64,000 nt of DNA from Catajapyx aquilonaris. Its lineage: Eukaryota. The translations under genes were made by a program, and so were the position numbers. The stretch's first letter is position 1. Each line of letters begins with the position of its first letter. The stretch spans positions 1-64,000 of the forward strand of contig JYFJ02001929.1 in the NCBI GenBank assembly GCA_000934665.2, in the 5' to 3' direction. The notes below the pieces were generated by a model. That model ran no database searches, had not been told where the DNA came from, and worked only from the letters and a program-made list of their open reading frames with translations. Positions 39,901-50,289 of the stretch are shown piece by piece.

Positions 39901-42900
39901 ATGGAATATTAATATTCAGGCGATAATCCCGACCGGCTAATTCCCTAACAATTGCAATGAAGAGGCTTATTATTGGACGGTTAAATGTCGCTTATATGTA
40001 TTAGAGTGAAACAGTCTGTAACTGACCAGGAATATTGTGAATGACATTTGAAACTCCATTTTTGAGAACCTGTGACCAGAGGAAATATTTTGCATACCAT
40101 TTTTGATTCATCTAGGAGTTGGCAACCATTAGCTTAATATTAAGGAGTAGTTTTTTAAGTTTTGCGTCACAAAAGCTGCGGGTATAAATCAGGGGCTAAA
40201 ATTCTTGACACAGGCAAGCATAGGGAATATGCGAGTGAAATCCTCCCTTCTCTAGTTATCGAGCGTTGCTGCTGTAATTACTCAGTCAAATCCGGAAGAT
40301 TAATGATGCAACAATATTAATATCGACACTGGAAGCCTCTGACGTTGCTCTTCAAAGTTTCGGTAATCATCAACTGCACCTTTTTTTTTTAAAAAAGGGC
40401 AGAAGCTGCATAATGACAATGGCACGTACACCGTATACCAAATAATAATGATTTGTTTGGTACGGTAGTTGTACAGTAGTTTCTAGCCCAATGAAGATTG
40501 AACACCCTGTATCCTGACTGTGAATGGCAAACCTTGAGTCTCTTCTGTTTGGTTGGAAGTCCACATGCCAGGATACATTCACTAGCAAGTACTCGTTTTG
40601 TTTACTGGTTTACCGGAATTAAGTGCAATAATTATTAGAGATGACAGGTATTTCTAAACTTTGGCACACTCTGCTTGTAACTCTGCTCCGTTTTAACTGA
40701 CACCATAGCCTTTTGACCCTGAGGTGTTTGCCTAGGTGTCCTTCCAGGGTCTGACGGGTCGGATCGAGTTCAAGGAGGGCAGAAGAAGCAACTTTAAACT
40801 GGACCTGCTCAAACTGAGGAAGGAAGTGGTCCGGAAAGTTGGAGAGTGGAATCCAAGCAAAGGAATCAATGTCACGGATCCAAGCGCTTTCTTCGAAGGA
40901 GTCGTGCCAAACGTCACACTCATCGTCATGACACTGGAGGTCAGTACCATTTGTAAATATGCCAAGTACACTCTCACCAGGGAAATAATTAAGTAATTAT
41001 GACTGTTTCATTAAATATTTTTTCCATCTATGTAAGCGGACATTGACAGAGAATGTGCCGTTATAAACGTCATACCCAATTGCTTTAAGTAGTGTTGACT
41101 GCAAAAATGGATCGTTAGTGTTGGTCCGCACTGGAAAAACAAACCATTGCACTTGCACAATAGTACTTATTACGGTAATGTGCAATAATGGCACTTTGTG
41201 GTTTGCGAAACGAGCGTTGAAAAAAAAACACATGGTGGGACTAAAAGTGCTGTCAACCGAATTGCCCAAATACACTTAACAAGTGTGTTGTTTTATCGCG
41301 CATCTTCAACCCTCCAGGGCACAAACATTTCACACCCTAATAAATTGGATTCAATAATTTTGCAACGCATCGTGTATGGTCGCTATTAACTCCTGCAAAT
41401 ATTTATTACCTCAACGCTCGCTTGAGTTTTAGGTGATGAGAATAAAGGGCTTTGCGCTCCAACAGTTTGCTCTTCGGACACAATTTTTTTTTTGTGCTAA
41501 TGAAATACGTCATCGCACGTGCTTAGCCTGATAAAAATTGCAGAAATGCAAACTTTTTGCTCCCCCCCTTGAGGTCATTAAAGCAGCCATTTAACTACCG
41601 TTTTTTGTCCGTTTAAGAGCTAAGCAGGACTGATTATCATAATGAGCTCGTAATAACGGGCGCATTTGGAAAGAGCAAGGATTACAGTACTTAAGCTTAA
41701 ATTGAAACTGAATATTACATCTGTTGCCAGTGTCTCGTTACACGATTTAATTGAAAGTGAGAATTATTAGTGATGAAGAAATCACAATCGCTGTTATTAA
41801 TAAAACTAGCAGCTACTAGAATTAGAAGCTTTTAATAATGCTGCTCGAAATTAGCATCTGGTTATAGAGTTAGCTTCTAATTATTCTGTAATTATTATTA
41901 GCTGTAATATTCAGCACAAGCTGGTTAGACTTGATATAAAATTAATGTTTGACATGATTTTTGCTAATTTACACTTTTATTTCATTGTAGATTAGGGCCT
42001 ACTACTTTTACCTTGACTTTTCCATGTAACAATGCTGTATGTATTTCTTAACGATATTACTTGCACTTTTACTACATCTTTTAAAAGGTGGATCGGCTAG
42101 AAATGCAGGCCAGTAATGAAGGAAAATAATTGCGCATAAAAATAAACCGGGAGCTGCCGGAAGCAGTGCACATTGATTTTTCATTCTCATTAGCCTAGAG
42201 GCCTGAGGATAATGCCACGGGTCTCATTAGTGGTGGTTTTCCTCCAAAATGCTAAGTTGCGCCCCCCCCCTCCACTCCTTTTCCCCGTGAAAGGGGTCAG
42301 AAGACGAGATCTCTTTCGGGGCCATTATTGAAATGAGGCCCTGGAGGTGGTCACGGGGCCAAGGAACTTCTCCTCAGAGGTACTTTCCTAAGACTCTGAG
42401 AAAAGAAGCCCTCACGACTAAACTTTTCGGAAAAAGAAAATTCCAATTCAGGGGTGTGCAAATTCGGATCAGGTTTCATCTTCATACCTTGGGGGGAAAT
42501 ATATAGAGAATTCTTGACGCATAGGAAAAGTAGGTAGCCTTATAGAGAGCATCCAAGATGTGGAATGCTTTACTTCAACTTAATCCAAAATTGTCCATTT
42601 AAAGCTCTTTGTAACTTCCACACAGAGGTAGTGAGTTTAACAAGCTGAAAACTTCCTCTCGGATTCATAAAAATTCAAATGGCGGGTGTAATTTTCCACC
42701 ATTACCTCTCCCCAGGCCATTCACTGGCTGGAACATGTACTGTACTTTACATGAAACTTGCTGCAGGCTGACTTGACGCCTTTTTTATATAGAAACGGAA
42801 GGTCTACAGTACAGGATGCGAAAATATTCATTGCAAAGAAAAGTTCCTTCCAGAAGTCGGCAGAAGTCTGGAGAGGCAAAAATTCGGATAAAGAGTCAAG

Positions 42901-45900
42901 GTCTATAAATCAAGTTCAGGCTATCCGTCGGTTCTGGCATTCATGACTCTTATTCTCTCCTTTTTTCCTCCTTTCTTTCATCAGTTCCCAGGAAGTTAAA
43001 AAAAAGAAACTTTCGTCCAGGAACTTCCTTTTTTATCTCAAGGATTCGCTTCATTTCATTTCCGCTTGAAGATATTCTGCCTTTGCATTAGCACACCTTT
43101 CTTTTCTACCGACTTCCTTTTAACCAAAGTTTTGTACACCTCCTTTTGAATATGTATAAAAAAATTGAGTTCCCGCCTGCAAGGTTAGGGCTGATTGTTA
43201 ATATAGCTCTCATCCAGACACTTCATTGTGTAAGTAATATTGTAAATGAAAATATGGGCAAGGATCATAATAACATAGAGGCGCAAACTTCTGTCGGAGT
43301 CTTTGATGCCCGCGTCTCTCTGTTTGGGGCCGTTGCCAAGGCTGGCGGCCATTTTGAAGTGTGAGCAACGCCAACGAGGTATAAATAGGGTACAGGCAAA
43401 AATAGGGTCGGCCATCTTTGATGGTTTTGGCGGCCATGGCAACTGCACGGCAAGAACACACGCGAATCAAAGATGGCGGACCTTATTTTTGCCTGTACGT
43501 ACCCTATTTATACCTCGTTGGCGTTGCCCACACTTCAAAATGGCCGCCAGCCTTGGCAACGGCCCAAACAGAGAGCGGAAATCGAATGTTCGCGCCTCTT
43601 TTGTAGCTCCCTGATATGGGTGAGTAACAGGCACACTGATTTTGACTACCATGTAAGAAGGCCTATATTAGGGAACCAGATCCGATTACAGGTCATGGAT
43701 AAGGCTAAGAGACCTTAGACCAAGAACTGGGAAAACCACTGCCAAGAACTTCGGATAATTCCAAGAAAATGTTGGCCTCTCTCCGTTCCCACATGCAAAA
43801 TGTAGAGGATCAGGGTTCCTTTGTCTGTTACTCGATTCCAGGAGAGGCCGTACGTGATGGTCCGTCCAGGCCGCAACCTAACGGGGAACCTGAGGTACAC
43901 CGGATTCTGCATCGACCTCCTGAAGGCCATTGCCAACCTGGTCGGATTCAACTACGAAATTCGGCTCGTGCCCGACCTCAAATACGGGGCCGTCGACCCG
44001 GACACAGGAGAGTGGAATGGAATCGTCAAGGAGCTCATCGATAAGGTTTGTGCTTGAGAAAGTGTGCGTTGAAATTATTCTCAATGTTCTGTTGGCGTCA
44101 TTGCTCCTGTGGGCTGTTGGGAACACTGCGATTTAACATGTGTACCAAAAATGAGGCAGAAAATGGGCGGGGCATACACTGTCGATGGGCGGGGCTTATG
44201 CAATGAGTGGGCGGGGCATAAACGGAGATGGTCCTATGCCCCGCCCATAGACAGTGCATGCCCCGCCCCTTTTCGGCATCATTTTTGGTGCACAGGTGAG
44301 ATAAGTAGGTTTGCACGCAACACTGGCAGAATTTAGATGATTTACGGCCCAAGTATTTCTTCCAAAGTAAGAACCCCGCATCGTTTGAGCAGGTGAGATT
44401 TATGAGATCGGATTTGTGAAGAGGCTTTGACTAGAGTTTCCCCCTTAGAGATATTCGTCAAAGACTTTATTTACCTGTGGGATGATAAATTGGGAGACCA
44501 AATTTTCTCCCCCCTTCCTTCCTTTTCGGTCGTATCCCCCGCCTCGTACTCTTCCAATCGTACTTTTTCCGGAATCAGCCTTCACATCACTCTCAGTCAC
44601 TCGAAGGATTTTGTAGTATAGGCAAGAAGAAGAAAAAAAAATCTCAAAGAAGTTCTCCTAATTGCTCGGAAAAATTTTCTCCATCTCTAAGTCGGTTTTT
44701 CGGCAAGCTCTTTTGAAAAGCGAAAGTAAAAAAAAAAAAAAGCGAACCGCCCAATCCGTCTAGTTATTGGCATTTTTGATTGTTCGCTCACCTTATTAGT
44801 TCTCGTTTATTACTTGTCGGCTTATAACTTCCTCGAGGATTTTCGACTGGCAATGGCAACCTGTAGCTCATTACTATTTTTTGTTAAGAGCAGGAATCAC
44901 GGCTCAAATATTTCTCTCACTAACAGCTACGATCAAAATTCTGTTGCCAAGGAAAGCGGAATATTTTTCACTGAAATTTTTCATCTTGCTTATAACTTCA
45001 CAATATTAGGTGACACCAATGCACGAATATTTTTTTAAAGTAGGTACTTGACCAGCAGGATTTAGACTTGAAACTTTACCAGACATTTCCAAAGGTCGTA
45101 CACACAATAATTAGAGACACATACAATACGGGCATAGCCTCAATCACCGCATAAATTTTTAATCTTAATAGGATCTCTCTCTGCTGGATTAGGACACCAG
45201 CTCCAGATAAAGCCTGCTGTATGGAAGCCGCACTAAAATAATAAGCCATGAATAATAATTTGCTTGCGGGCAGTCCACAGTTCAGAGACAGCCTAGAAAG
45301 CCCAACGTGACCGAGACCCGCTGCTATCTCATCAGCATTCAGTGTCGTACGATAAAACATGTTGGCTCAGCTTGAATCCCGGGCCTAAACCGCACGACCC
45401 ACCACCATCGCATATATTTGACTATGAAAAGGACTGATGCATCAGGCCTGTCACCTTTTTTGGGTCTCTCTCTCTCACTCACACACACACACTCTGATGG
45501 GTATATGTAGGATATATTGCAAGGGAAAAAAAGTTCGCATGCTGCAGGCGACGGGTCCATTTGTGTTCATCGAGGCGCATTTCGTGTATTTGTATGTGAC
45601 GGTGGGACTTGTGGGTTGATTATGAGGGTCAAACGGCGCCTGCATTGCGGTTATGAGGTGGATCTGATAGTATGGTGTTGTTTCCTTCAGATTAAGTGTC
45701 TTGAATTCATCTCTCTTGAAAGAGATGCATGATATCCTAATCATGTAACCATAATAAACAGCAAAAACTGTACACATTTTCAACATCTACATGTGTGTAT
45801 TCCAGAAATCAGATTTGGCTGTTGCATCCATGACCATAAACTACGCCAGAGAAAGCGTCATAGACTTCACCAAACCCTTCATGAACCTTGGAATCAGCAT

Positions 45901-48900
45901 ATTGTTTAAGGTTAGTAAGTTTTTTTATTGCCTGAAAAACAACATTATAGTGCAGGGTTCTACTTGTGGAGAAGCTTGACTGTTTTGTGAAACAACAAGT
46001 CCGTCCTCTCTTCAGTTTGTTCCCACTCTAGTCCACAACAGAACAAGTGCTTTGCCACCACTCTGCTTGCCTTGCACTTGTTAACTGAATTACGGCCAGG
46101 TCCAACATGGCATATCCTTGTGAGAGGCACAAAATTTAATTATGGTTTGCGATGAAGGACAGTCTTTAATTTTGTGTCGAGGTAGCAGCAGCAGCAGCCT
46201 TCACCGTGGGCTCAGGTGGTGATGGCACCAATGACACTTGAACTGGCACTCGCGCAAAAGTATGGCATTAAATAATTGCAATTGACTTTATCTTATTAAT
46301 GTGTTAATAGTAAACAACAGTAATAAATTTTGCGTGTAAATAATAATTGGTTAGTCAAATTAATTCGTAAAATTACATCAAGACGTGCAAATAATGTTTT
46401 GACAAAGTTTTCGGATGACGGACGAGAGAATCGACTTCGGATTGATGCAACATGCAGTTTCATTCGCAGGATTTATTTTTCCAGCCCAACCGCATGTCCG
46501 TTGTTTGTGAAGTGCAATCATACTTTTAAAAAAATTGTGTCACTCCATTTTTGCCACATGAATTCACACGATATATTGGAGTAAATATTGAGCTGTGTTG
46601 CTGACCAAAGCGTTCAAGGATCAGGCATTTCAAACTTGACCTCCAGACCCCTACAAGCCAGCCGGCCCTTCTGTTCAGCTTCATGAACCCCCTGGCAGTG
46701 GAAATATGGCTGTACGTGCTGGCAGCCTACATCCTGGTCTCCTTCACCCTCTTTGTGATGGCCCGATTTTCCCCATACGAGTGGAACAACCCCCATCCGC
46801 CAAGGGAGGAACCTCCAATGGTCGAGAACCAGTTCTCCATCTCGAACAGTTTCTGGTTCATCACTGGTACATTTCTCAGGCAGGGCTCAGGACTCAACCC
46901 GAAGGTCAGGTTGATTCTCACAACCCAATATGACTGCTGGAGGAAGGAGGTTTTAAGAGGACTCGTACTGGGGGAGACCACTCTTATGTCTTATGATCAT
47001 GTGTCCGGGGGTCATTTTCCTTCTATTTTTCTATTTTTTTGGACATTTTTAGGTCCCTCAGAGCATGCCCCGTCGTCTGTTCTCGTTCATGACCCCCCTT
47101 GCGACAGAGATCTGGGCCTACATCGTGGCCGCCTACCTGACAGTGTCCGTCACCATTTGGGTGGTGGCCAGGTTCTCCCCCTACGAGTGGACAGAGCCCC
47201 CTCACACCAGTGACCCCTGCCTGATGACCCCTTCCCCGTCAGACACCACTCAACCCGTCAACAACTTCACCCTTTCCAACTGCTTCTGGTTCACCATGGA
47301 AACTCTCCTACAACAAGGATCCGGAATCTACCCGAAGGTACCATAGAGTTGGAATCTCGTCATGTGCCACCTGAATCTTCAACATTTAAAGATATAACAT
47401 TGCTCAAAATGATTAGGCTGGAACATCCTGTTATACATTTTTTATCGGTGGCCTCACGAGTGAAAATAAGCACCATTATTAAACGATTACATCGCAGGTG
47501 AATCCAGTCGTGAAAAATATTTAGATTCATCATCATTGGCGTGGGATGCCCCCTGAACTTAATGATTCCTGTACCGTAGAGGAATTCAAAAATAAGCACC
47601 GAAATTTAATTTCATTCACTTACCCCAATGTTACTTCATTCTACTACTGTTATGTCTATCGGTCTCTTTTTTTATTTTAATGAAGTGCAGGATAGAAACA
47701 ATCTAAATCATTGGCATACGGATTACACTCACAGATTGAGCTTTCACAACCATAACCTTTTTGATGCGTTTAATGTGTTTTGAGCTACAAAACTCCCCAT
47801 CAATGGCTTCAAGGCTAATGCGACCAGTGACTGCCGTTTACTTTTACATCTTTTCCAACAATGGTGCTTATTTTCAAAACTCTATGGTACATGAAATCCT
47901 TGTAGCTACATGTAGTTTCACAAGCTTTTCCCTTGCATTAGTTTAATTTAATCAGTAATAATAACCCATCACCAATCATCGATCGTCTATGATTTAAAAA
48001 AACAGGCAGCTTCCACACGGATAGTTGGCGGAATCTGGTGGTTCTTCACTCTGATCATAATATCTTCATACACGGCGAACCTGGCAGCCTTTCTGACTGT
48101 GGAGAGGATGATCACTCCCATAGAGAGCGCGGAGGATCTCGCGGATCAAAGCGAAATACCGTACGGCACCTTGGAGAGTGGATCGACCATGACCTTCTTC
48201 AGGGTGAGTCTATTCCAGTCAAAAGATCAACAACTTGTGGAATGACACTCGTTTCGTAGGACTCGAAGATCGAGACGTACCAGAAGATGTGGCGGTACAT
48301 GGAGAGCCGAGAGCCAGGCGTGTTTGTGTCCACATATGAGGAAGGTGTGAAGAGAGTCCTGAGGGGAAACTACGCCTTCCTGATGGAGTCGACGATGCTC
48401 GATTATGTGGTGCAACGAGATTGCAACCTGACACAAGTCGGTGGACTTCTCGATTCCAAAGGATACGGGATCGCCACTCCTAAAGGTACATTTCTAATAA
48501 TCCATCCTACAAAATGTGTTCAACCTATGACAATATTCAGGTTCGCCATGGAGAGACAAGATATCTCTGGCCATACTAGAGCTTCAAGAAAAAGGGACCA
48601 TTCAAATCCTGTACAATAAGTGGTGGAAGAACACTGCTGACGTGTGCAACCGAGAGGAAAAGGGAAAGGAATCAAAAGCCAGTGCACTGGGCATTGAAAA
48701 CGTCGGTATGTAACTACGATGCATTGCCATCAATTGTGGTCATGTCACTTCTTTAACACGCTTTGTTACATCTCAGGAGGCGTTTTTGTGGTGCTGTTGT
48801 GCGGACTGGCTCTGGCCATAGTGGTGGCCATTTGTGAATTTTGCCTCAACTCGAGGAAAAACGCCAAAACAGACCATGTAAGTAAACTCATCCGAGAGTG

Positions 48901-49356
48901 AAACTACAGCATGAGGCATAAGCACAAAAAATATTGCAACAACACAAACCAATCTCCGGGAGTGCTAGTGACTTCTTGCTTTAAATGATCCTGTAATTTA
49001 CTATCAGAGCTCTCAGCAGTAAGAACAACAAAATGATTTCAGAAATCAATATGCTCCGAAATGGCCCAGGAACTTCGCCTGGTGCTCCACTGCTCATCAA
49101 AAGCATCTCGAAAGAAGTCTGATCTCAAGAGATCATGTTCCAGATGCTCTCCCAGCACTTACATGCCCGCCTCACTTGATCTACATCAGCTTAATAGGGT
49201 GCCGGTAAGTTACATGTTACGAGCGAAATTAAATATCTTGTTTAAAATAATCTAAGTCGCATCTCTTTCTTCTTTGCGTACATATAGGAAAACGGGATCA
49301 TACCAATGATAGAGTTGGACAAATCTCCGGTGATGAGATTCGGAATGGATCAGTGA
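24784..49356 (+). CDS. Kainate-type ionotropic glutamate receptor subunit (GRIK/KaiR-like), multi-exon; 938 aa with exon 11A, 947 aa with exon 11B
   Basis: Manual splicing of 17 GT-AG exons gives 2817 nt in one frame to TGA 49354-49356. Domain order is signal peptide, ATD ([19 protein letters not shown]), S1 ([29 protein letters not shown]), M1, M2, M3 ([15 protein letters not shown]), S2 ([36 protein letters not shown]), M4, C-tail. The glutamate-binding R, T and E are intact. The exact orthologue cannot be assigned without a phylogeny. Confidence 0.96.
25491..25874. mobile_element. Non-autonomous Tc1/mariner-type MITE-like element (intron 1)
   Basis: Terminal inverted repeats CAGGGTGATATTCA / TGAAGATCACCCTG (13 of 14 match), TA on the left flank and TG on the right, no ORF. 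A mini-copy acagggtg-aatcaaaa-caccctgt lies at 25942-25965. Confidence 0.55.
30896..31057 (+). CDS. iGluR exon 2 ([56 protein letters not shown])
   Basis: Acceptor ttccag, donor gtaagc, typical kainate ATD start. Confidence 0.93.
36744..36995 (+). CDS. iGluR exon 3 ([20 protein letters not shown]...[12 protein letters not shown])
   Basis: Acceptor tttttag, donor gtatgt, frame continuous. Confidence 0.93.
37527..37702 (+). CDS. iGluR exon 4 ([11 protein letters not shown]...MYKFFRA)
   Basis: Acceptor atacag, donor gtgagt. Confidence 0.92.
38430..38483 (+). CDS. iGluR exon 5 ([18 protein letters not shown])
   Basis: Acceptor ttttcag, donor gtaagt, conserved YHY.FTT motif; too short for the ORF track. 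Confidence 0.9.
38668..38832 (+). CDS. iGluR exon 6 ([24 protein letters not shown]...GIIQ)
   Basis: Acceptor tttttag, donor gtgagg. Confidence 0.92.
38920..39072 (+). CDS. iGluR exon 7 ([10 protein letters not shown]...[21 protein letters not shown])
   Basis: Acceptor ttccag, donor gtgagt. Confidence 0.92.
40736..40939 (+). CDS. iGluR exon 8 ([12 protein letters not shown]...[10 protein letters not shown])
   Basis: Acceptor cctag, donor gtcagt, GLTG.I.F motif. Confidence 0.93.
43277..43599. repeat. Long intronic palindrome / foldback MITE-like element (intron 8)
   Basis: Core arms ~43316-43422 and ~43466-43575 are near-perfect reverse complements with a ~43 nt loop; outer agaggcgc...gcgcctct also pair. 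Confidence 0.85.
43842..44045 (+). CDS. iGluR exon 9 (S1: ERPYVM...GFCIDLL...[11 protein letters not shown])
   Basis: Acceptor ttccag, donor gtttgt. Confidence 0.94.
44136..44297. repeat. Intronic palindrome / MITE-like element with five GGGCGGGGC boxes (intron 9)
   Basis: ~60 nt arms acatgtgtaccaaaaatgaggcagaaaatgggcggggcatacactgtcgatgggcggggc versus its imperfect reverse complement ending ...catttttggtgcacaggt. Confidence 0.85.
45806..45910 (+). CDS. iGluR exon 10 (S1: [35 protein letters not shown])
   Basis: Acceptor ttccag, donor gttagt. Confidence 0.95.
46647..46904 (+). CDS. iGluR exon 11A: M1-M2 pore exon, Arg form ([20 protein letters not shown])
   Basis: Acceptor ctccag, donor gtcagg, 258 nt, phase 0-0; Q/R-site codon AGG at 46878-46880. 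Confidence 0.94.
47053..47337 (+). CDS. iGluR exon 11B: alternative M1-M2 pore exon, Gln form ([20 protein letters not shown])
   Basis: Acceptor tttttag with a pyrimidine tract, weak donor gtacca, 285 nt, phase 0-0, no stops, homologous end to end with 11A; Q/R-site codon CAA at 47311-47313. Confidence 0.88.
48006..48203 (+). CDS. iGluR exon 12 (M3 gate SYTANLAAF, start of S2)
   Basis: Acceptor aacag, donor gtgagt. Confidence 0.95.
48260..48485 (+). CDS. iGluR exon 13 (S2: [11 protein letters not shown]...GYGIATPK)
   Basis: Acceptor tcgtag, donor gtacat; preceded by a 56 nt intron. Confidence 0.94.
48541..48705 (+). CDS. iGluR exon 14 ([18 protein letters not shown]...KWWK...ALGIENV)
   Basis: Acceptor ttcag, donor gtatgt; preceded by a 55 nt intron. 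Confidence 0.94.
48777..48877 (+). CDS. iGluR exon 15 (M4: [21 protein letters not shown])
   Basis: Acceptor tctcag, donor gtaagt. Confidence 0.93.
49043..49204 (+). CDS. iGluR exon 16 (C-tail: [17 protein letters not shown]...)
   Basis: Acceptor tttcag, donor gtaagt, frame continuous. Confidence 0.85.
49288..49356 (+). CDS. iGluR terminal coding exon 17 ([22 protein letters not shown])
   Basis: Pyrimidine tract plus tag acceptor, phase 0, stop TGA; supported only by splice signals. Confidence 0.7.
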   Translation, partial: ENGIIPMIELDKSPVMRFGMDQ

Positions 49357-49547
49357 TGGTGATCCAGATGGATTGAACCACATTGCAGCTGAGAAAAGCC
49401 AAAGCCTTAAAGTCTGTGATATAACCACCAACCAAAAAGAAACCATTGAAACGGCGAATGCTGCTCACTCATCGCTATCTTTTTAAAAACTTTTCTATTG
49501 TAAGCCCACTTGCATACACTTGTGGGACCGTGACATGTCAGTGTTTT

Positions 49548-49553
49548 AATAAA
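49548..49553 (+). terminator. Candidate polyadenylation signal of the receptor gene
   Basis: AATAAA ~190 nt after the stop, followed by T/GT-rich sequence. Confidence 0.5.
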
Positions 49554-50111
49554 GAACGCAGTTATTTTTATTACTAACATTATTGTGTAATTCGTTAGGG
49601 TTTTTCTGGTCAATTTTTTAAATTATGCCCTACTGTTATAAACCGTAAGGGAACAGCTGACGAAAGCTTCTGTCAGACCTTGTGAAAATATAATCCAAAT
49701 TACGTATTTGTTTATCAGAAAAAAGCAATCAAACTGTTATTCGTATAATTGATTCTGACCAGAATCAGACAAAATATTGATGATTTCATAACACGGAGAA
49801 TTGAAGGCCCGATACTTATAAAGGCCAACCTTGAATGCAATGAGCATCCTCTGAACCTTCAACTCCGCGAAATCCAATCCTTTTCCAAGATCCGATTAGA
49901 GCGTTTCCGCCGGTGCTCAAGTACCCGCGATTTAATTAGTCAATGCGCCCCGTACAGTAATATCCAAGGCCTGAAAGGCTAAGGCCCCCATTTACAGCCA
50001 AATCTTCATAAGGATCGTGTTAAGAAACACGTTTAACTGGGATGCGTTGGTAATTAAACAAGACAGAAACTGTCGGAATTGCAATGTATACGTTTCATAC
50101 CAGGCTTACGG

Positions 50112-50268
50112 TACAGGGTAGCTTAAATTCCAACGAGACAGGTAAAGTTCTCAAAGAGATTACACTGTCTTAATCTACACATATTTATCAATTTCTCTTA
50201 TATATGAAAAATTATTTTAAATATCAAAATTAAAGTGGGGCCAAAGTTTCTTGCTGAACCACCCTGTA
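50112..50268. mobile_element. Short Tc1/mariner-type MITE-like remnant
   Basis: TACAGGGTAGCTTA ... TGAACCACCCTGTA imperfect terminal inverted repeats with TA at both ends; AT-rich interior. Confidence 0.45.
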
Positions 50269-50289
50269 CAAAATTGCTTCAATTGGATG

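Noticed and set aside
46683..47213. 176-aa ORF read as a single exon
   Set aside because: It is exon 11A reading through the intron and into exon 11B out of frame; homology stops at LNPK followed by a GT donor
47053..47337. Exon 11B as a pseudo-exon or fragment of a second gene
   Set aside because: It has an open frame, correct phase and splice sites despite deep divergence, and no other receptor exon is duplicated. Not fully excluded without RNA data.
48541..48705. Flip/flop-type alternative exon in S2
   Set aside because: Only one copy is present and the flanking introns (55 and 71 nt) leave no room for another
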